Assembly (NCBI GenBank): GCA_041191405.1
Contig: JBEEOW010000007.1
Location: 33,484-97,483, forward strand
Reading direction: 5' to 3'
Source: Bacteroidota bacterium
GTDB taxonomy: Bacteria; Bacteroidota; Bacteroidia; Cytophagales; UBA9547
Length of the DNA: 64,000 nucleotides
The position numbers and the translations under genes are program-made. Numbering within the stretch: position 1 is the stretch's first letter; each line of letters begins with the position of its first letter. This document shows positions 58,941 to 64,000 of the stretch, piece after piece. The notes under the pieces are model-generated. The model did not search any database. It was not told the DNA's origin and worked only from the letters and a program-made list of their open reading frames with translations.

Positions 58941-60896
58941 TCAGTTATTTTTTTTCAAAACCACAGCTTCTCTATAAGCTTTACTTAATTCAGTAACCAT
59001 GGTATTCCATGAATCAAAGTTTTCTTTTTGAAGCAGTAAAGCATCTAACCAAACACTCCTTTTCATTTTAATTTTATTTCCAATTTGTTCAAATGAAATT
59101 CTATAACCAAAATATTTTGAAGCAAATTCTTGTCCGTGAGGCAAATACGATAACTTAAAACCTTGAGGTATTTGTAAAACTACAATTTCATCATCAATAA
59201 ATTTATAATCTTTTTCTATACTAATATCCCTTTCAGGTTTTGTTTGTGTATTATAAAAAGGTTTTTTTAAATGAAGATTAATATAAATTTCATCATCAAT
59301 AGTTTTTGCATAATCTTCAATTTTAAAGTTGTAATTAATTTTAGCAACTTTATCTCGATTATATAAATCTAAAATTTGTTCATTTTCTAGAAAAAATTTA
59401 TTTGAACCCTTTTGTAAATATGAAGCAATTGCATCTTTTTGTTTTTTTGGATCGTGTGTTAATTGCGTATAAATCAAATCTATTTTAGGATAACCTTGTA
59501 AAACATTTACTCCTGCCCCCAAAATAGCATTTCCTTTAATAGAAATATTTACAGAATCTGTTCTAGTATTTTGTTCTTTATCTAAAATTGGAACAAAAGT
59601 TTTTTCAAAATTATTTTCATCAATTCCAATTAAACATTGTTTACCTTGAATCATATCTGTAGGTAAACCAAACGGCATATACATACCTGTTGCATCAAAA
59701 AACAACCATTTTTCATCTATTTTGGCAGTACAAATCATGTGATTTGCAGCACTTGGAGATGGATTTTCATCAAAAGTATATGGCAATTCTCTACTTCCAA
59801 TCCAAGTTAAATAGGCTTTAATACCCGCTTGTTTTAACATGTAGGTAGTTAAATTGGCCATGTCTTTACAATCACCATATCTTTTAGAAAGTACAGCCCC
59901 TGGTGTACGTGGGATAAATCCACCAAATCCATCCTCAAAAGCAATATATTTGATATTATCTTGAATCCAATAAAAAATTTTCTTTGCCTTTTCAGTTTCA
60001 GTTTTTGATTTACTAACCAGAGAATCAACTAATTTATCAACAGTAGGTTCTTTAATGTTTACTTGGTCTTTAACAAAACCATAAAAAAACTTATATAAAC
60101 TTTTTATATCACCCGAAAACTTCTTTTTATCACCCAATTTAGTTGTTACTTCTTCTACAAACATCATAATATGAGGTGCATAGTATCTTAAATTCGGACT
60201 TTCATCTTCCATTTTATGAACTGCAATTTTATTAGCAGACCATGTAACAGTTATGATATTTCCTTTTTTTGATTCAGAAAAAGTAAGTAATTTAGGGTCA
60301 ATGCCAAATACTTGAAATCTTAATTTTATTCCTTCTGGATGTGAAATACTAAACTCTGAACTCAAAACATTTAAATGTTCGGAAAAGAAGAATGATGAGA
60401 TAAACCTTGGTTCTTTTATTTTTTGTTTATAATTCAAAATTGTTCTAGCCCCAACTCTAACCGCTGGATAAACAAAGGATGTTTGTTTTCCATCATCAAA
60501 AAACACACCTGCCCCAAAGTTATCTTGAGTTTCGAATTTTGTAACTGGAATTGTTTCAAATTTATTTTTTTTAATAGGTATTAATGTTTTTGCATCAATA
60601 CTTGCAAGTTCCATAAAATGAGAGTGATATACTGATTTTTCGGATAATTGATGTGACTGTTCAGTTAAATGTAACATTTCAGAGTAATACTCTGATGTAA
60701 TTACTAAACTGTCATTTATTAACTGTAAATCAAGATGTTCTCGTTTTTTTAAATAAACAGCATGATGCCCTTCGTATTCTTTTTTTATGTCTTCAAACTG
60801 TACATCAATTTGAGAGTATATGTTGAAATTAACTAAACAAAAAAATATCAGTAAAATACTTTTAAAGTAAGATTTAAATACCAATTCAAAATTCAT
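58941..60896 (-). CDS. secreted DUF3857 plus transglutaminase-like cysteine protease domain protein
   Basis: It has a signal peptide and the canonical transglutaminase-like catalytic Cys context RYGDCKDMANLTTYMLK, with downstream His and Asp. Confidence 0.7.
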   Translation of the reverse strand: MNFELVFKSYFKSILLIFFCLVNFNIYSQIDVQFEDIKKEYEGHHAVYLKKREHLDLQLINDSLVITSEYYSEMLHLTEQSHQLSEKSVYHSHFMELASIDAKTLIPIKKNKFETIPVTKFETQDNFGAGVFFDDGKQTSFVYPAVRVGARTILNYKQKIKEPRFISSFFFSEHLNVLSSEFSISHPEGIKLRFQVFGIDPKLLTFSESKKGNIITVTWSANKIAVHKMEDESPNLRYYAPHIMMFVEEVTTKLGDKKKFSGDIKSLYKFFYGFVKDQVNIKEPTVDKLVDSLVSKSKTETEKAKKIFYWIQDNIKYIAFEDGFGGFIPRTPGAVLSKRYGDCKDMANLTTYMLKQAGIKAYLTWIGSRELPYTFDENPSPSAANHMICTAKIDEKWLFFDATGMYMPFGLPTDMIQGKQCLIGIDENNFEKTFVPILDKEQNTRTDSVNISIKGNAILGAGVNVLQGYPKIDLIYTQLTHDPKKQKDAIASYLQKGSNKFFLENEQILDLYNRDKVAKINYNFKIEDYAKTIDDEIYINLHLKKPFYNTQTKPERDISIEKDYKFIDDEIVVLQIPQGFKLSYLPHGQEFASKYFGYRISFEQIGNKIKMKRSVWLDALLLQKENFDSWNTMVTELSKAYREAVVLKKNN

Positions 60897-61099
60897 AATT
60901 GCCTAATATTTTTTTATTGTTTTAACAATAGCTCAAATATAATTAATAATGCGATTTCAAACCTCAATTAAAGATTTTTTTTGAAAATACTAAAGAAAAA
61001 CATGTAGATACAAAAAATATATTTTCCCAATTATAAACCCTTTTATCATATCTTTTTTTCAACATAAGCGTAAAAAACAATCAATTTATTTAAAACTAT

Positions 61100-61843
61100 A
61101 TGAATTATTTAAGACAAGTTATTATAATTTTAATTTGTACTATTATTACTTTAACATCTTGTACAAATTCCGAAAATCATCAAACACAGAATAATGATTC
61201 AATTGTTTCATTATCAAATGATGAAATTTTTCAAATTGCTTCTGCAATATTATCTAGGGATAAAAATGAAATGATTTGGAATTTAACTGATGTTGACTCT
61301 GTACCTCAATTAGATACAATGGATTTTTTCACGAATTCAAATACCAAAGATAGATTAATATTAATGAGTGGTCATGCAGGATTATCATCAGGAACTGCTG
61401 ATAACCTATTGATTTTATTTGAAAATAATTCTAAAAATGTGCTTTTTGTTTGTCAAATTGGGAATATTGCTCCTGAAGATTTAAGAGATTTAACAAATGA
61501 TGGTATTAAAGAAATTATAAGTAAATCATACTCAATATATCAAGGTGAATGTAATGATAATGTGAATATTTTTAATTTAAAAAATGGTAAACATAATATT
61601 CTCTATAAAAACTTTTCAAAATCTGTAATTGAATGTGGATTAGAAAATTTAAACTCTACCTTCAAACAAGGTGATACACTCGAAGAAAAATTTGAATTCT
61701 CAATTAAAAATACAGTTAAAAATGAGTATTATATTGAACAAATAAAAACTACCAAAATTCATAATGGAGGTAAAAGCAATGCTGAAATTATTAAAAATGC
61801 GAATGTTACGTATGAAAATAAATCAATCTATTTGAATCAATAA
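61100..61843 (+). CDS. hypothetical lipoprotein
   Basis: It has a signal peptide with the lipobox LTSC. Confidence 0.4.
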   Translation: MNYLRQVIIILICTIITLTSCTNSENHQTQNNDSIVSLSNDEIFQIASAILSRDKNEMIWNLTDVDSVPQLDTMDFFTNSNTKDRLILMSGHAGLSSGTADNLLILFENNSKNVLFVCQIGNIAPEDLRDLTNDGIKEIISKSYSIYQGECNDNVNIFNLKNGKHNILYKNFSKSVIECGLENLNSTFKQGDTLEEKFEFSIKNTVKNEYYIEQIKTTKIHNGGKSNAEIIKNANVTYENKSIYLNQ

Positions 61844-61869
61844 TTTCAAAAGTATATTTATTTTTAAAA

Positions 61870-63438
61870 TTACCATTTAACTAAATATCCTTGTGCTAAT
61901 GCTGTAAACGACTCGATTTGAGCATCAATCCACTGTTGAGGTTTGTGTAATTCTTTCGCCATAATTTGTGCAACAATTGGCGCTGATTCAATAGAAGCTT
62001 TTGCATCTAACAACAAAAATCTTATTCTTCTAGCTAAAAAATCTTCAACATTTATTGCCATTTCATTACGAACTGCCCACACAATTTCAGCTTTCATAAA
62101 TGGGTAATTGGGATGAATTTTTTCTGCTAATGATTCATCAGCTTGAATTAATTGATTTATATTTTTTGCATCTGAACCATAAATATATAAATGTGATGAT
62201 TTATCCTCATTTAAGGTGTAACCATGAATTTTAAAATCGTTTGTTTTACAATTTTCATACTTTAAACCACCAGCTTTAATAGCCAGATTAACAGTATCTT
62301 CTGCCATTCGTCTGTAGGTAGTCCATTTACCTCCAGTAATTGTAACCAAACCACTTTTGTTTACAAACAACTTATGGCTTCGTGATATTTCCTTGGTACT
62401 TTTGCCTTCTTTATCGGGTTTTGCAAGTGGACGTAAACCACTAAAAATTGATAAAATATCCGACTTAGTTGCTTTTTTATAGATATATTGATTCAATGTT
62501 TCAAGAATAAATACTACTTCTTGTTGCAACGGTTTTGGTTCTAAACTTTCATTTTCAATTAAAGTGTCAGTAGTGCCTACCAATAATTTATCATGCCATG
62601 GAATAGCGAACAGCACCCTCCCATCACTTGTTTTAGGTATCATTAAGGCGTATTCTGTTGGCAAAAATGATTTATCTAGCACAATATGAGTACCTTGGCT
62701 CACACTTACTGTTGGTGCTTTTCCTTTTTCATCGAAACCTAGAATCTTATCAACAAAAACGCCTGTAGCATTTACTACAACTTTTGTTTTAAAATTATAC
62801 TCTTTCCCTGATTCTAAATCTTTTGCAAAAACACCATTTACTTTTCCGATTTCACTTTTTTGCAAACGTGTAACTTGAAAATAATTCAATATACATGCTC
62901 CATTTTCTTGAGCTGTTTGTGCTAAATTTATTCCTAAGCGAGCATCATCAAATTGTCCATCGTGATACACAATTCCATTTTGTAAATTTTGTTTATTGAT
63001 GCCTGGTAAAGATTTAATTACTTGTTTTGCAGTAATATAACCCGATTTTCCTAAACTTAATTTGCCTGCTAATAAATCATATAATTTCAAACCAACAGTG
63101 TATTTTAATCCATCAAAAAATGAAAACGAAGGAATAATAAAAGTTTGATTATCTGTTACATGAGGTGCATTTTTCAATAATAATCCTCTTTCATGCAAGG
63201 CCTCTAAAACCAACTTTATATCACCTTGAGCCAAATATCTTACTCCACCATGAACGAGTTTTGTACTTCTACTTGAAGTTCCTTTAGTGAAATCAGCTTG
63301 TTCGAGTAATAAAGTTTTATATCCTCTCAAAGTTGCATCAAGTGCCACACCTAAACCAGTTGCTCCTCCTCCTATCACAATCATATCCCATTGAATATCA
63401 TCATTTTCAATGAAATGAATATTTTCTGAACGGTTCAT
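61870..63438 (-). CDS. glpD: FAD-dependent glycerol-3-phosphate dehydrogenase
   Basis: It has the N-terminal FAD motif DMIVIGGGATGLGVALDA and GlpD/GlpA family conservation over 522 aa. Confidence 0.85.
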   Translation of the reverse strand: MNRSENIHFIENDDIQWDMIVIGGGATGLGVALDATLRGYKTLLLEQADFTKGTSSRSTKLVHGGVRYLAQGDIKLVLEALHERGLLLKNAPHVTDNQTFIIPSFSFFDGLKYTVGLKLYDLLAGKLSLGKSGYITAKQVIKSLPGINKQNLQNGIVYHDGQFDDARLGINLAQTAQENGACILNYFQVTRLQKSEIGKVNGVFAKDLESGKEYNFKTKVVVNATGVFVDKILGFDEKGKAPTVSVSQGTHIVLDKSFLPTEYALMIPKTSDGRVLFAIPWHDKLLVGTTDTLIENESLEPKPLQQEVVFILETLNQYIYKKATKSDILSIFSGLRPLAKPDKEGKSTKEISRSHKLFVNKSGLVTITGGKWTTYRRMAEDTVNLAIKAGGLKYENCKTNDFKIHGYTLNEDKSSHLYIYGSDAKNINQLIQADESLAEKIHPNYPFMKAEIVWAVRNEMAINVEDFLARRIRFLLLDAKASIESAPIVAQIMAKELHKPQQWIDAQIESFTALAQGYLVKW

Positions 63439-63552
63439 TTTGAGAAATTATTTATTAAAACAATAAAATACTTTTGAATGAATATTTTGACATTGAATTC
63501 AAACTAAACTTCAACTACCTTATACCGTATAACGCAAAAAAAGTCTGAAACT

Positions 63553-64000
63553 ATGCTAAACTTTTTATCACCTCCGAAAGCAAAACCACTTATTTCAGAC
63601 GAAAAAATAAGTAGTGAATACAAAAAGTTACGATTTCAAGTTTTTTTAGGGATTTTTGTTGGCTATGCAGGATATTATTTAGTGCGAAAAAACTTTACAC
63701 AAGTTATGCCCGACTTGGTAAAATTGGGTTTCACAAAAGCTGAACTAGGATTTGCCTTATCAGGAATTTCAATTGCTTATGGAGTAAGTAAATTTGTGAT
63801 GGGAATGGTTTCTGATAAAAGTGATGCCAGGGTATTTTTAAGTTTGGGTTTATTTTTATCAGGATTAACAATGATTGTGATGGGACATTTTTCTTGGGCA
63901 ACTAGTTCAATTCCAATTATGTTTACCATTTTATTGATACTTGGTTGGTTTCAAGGAATGGGTTGGCCACCATCAGGCAGAGTGATGGTTTACTGGTTTT
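63553..64000 (+). CDS. glpT: glycerol-3-phosphate transporter (MFS), 5' partial at window edge
   Basis: The ATG at 63553 opens an ORF that runs to the window edge. FQVFLGIFVGYAGYYLVRKNF, SKFVMGMVSDKSDAR and GWFQGMGWPP match the GlpT/UhpT family. The gene is divergent from glpD. Confidence 0.7.
   Translation, partial: MLNFLSPPKAKPLISDEKISSEYKKLRFQVFLGIFVGYAGYYLVRKNFTQVMPDLVKLGFTKAELGFALSGISIAYGVSKFVMGMVSDKSDARVFLSLGLFLSGLTMIVMGHFSWATSSIPIMFTILLILGWFQGMGWPPSGRVMVYWF

Overview
This is a low-GC, Bacteroidetes-type chromosomal window, probably Flavobacteriia. The clues are a T9SS C-terminal sorting domain, an ECF sigma factor, DUF1573 and DUF3857/transglutaminase genes, and many SPI/lipoprotein signal peptides. 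Most of the window is ordinary housekeeping. Confidently recognised genes are metK, tex, trxB, galK/galT with a galM-like gene, aroA, menD, hisIE, glpD with a divergent glpT 5' fragment, an RluA-family pseudouridine synthase, a LMW protein-tyrosine phosphatase, a MoxR ATPase, a Sir2/CobB deacylase, a flotillin, an M23/LysM peptidase and a class-III aminotransferase. I saw no rRNA, tRNA, CRISPR array, recognisable transposase or integrase. Five things are not ordinary. First, a roughly 2.2-kb repeat-structured islet lies between trxB and the Sir2 gene. It carries two families of about 110-130-bp direct repeats, a 52-bp tandem duplication, and a start-less HExxH zinc-metalloprotease C-terminal remnant fused in frame to one repeat; a small ORF with a signal peptide overlaps the remnant's stop by 17 nt, and a second small ORF lies nearby. 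The layout resembles an orphan toxin-CT/immunity or gene-cassette array. Second, a dispersed family of 7-bp tandem repeats sits in at least five intergenic sites. Two of those sites are inverted arrays that fold into long hairpins exactly between genes. Third, an ECF sigma factor is paired with a membrane protein that has an anti-sigma-like N-terminus and a complete periplasmic trypsin-like protease domain. Fourth, a secreted 1076-aa protein has two tandem WD40 propellers followed by a C-terminal caspase (C14) domain. Fifth, a moxR operon lacks the usual DUF58/VWA partners and instead encodes a classical AAA ATPase with TPR repeats plus TPR/membrane proteins. A DUF4011-type Upf1-like SF1 helicase that is translationally coupled to a DUF3857/transglutaminase-like secreted pair is also noted.
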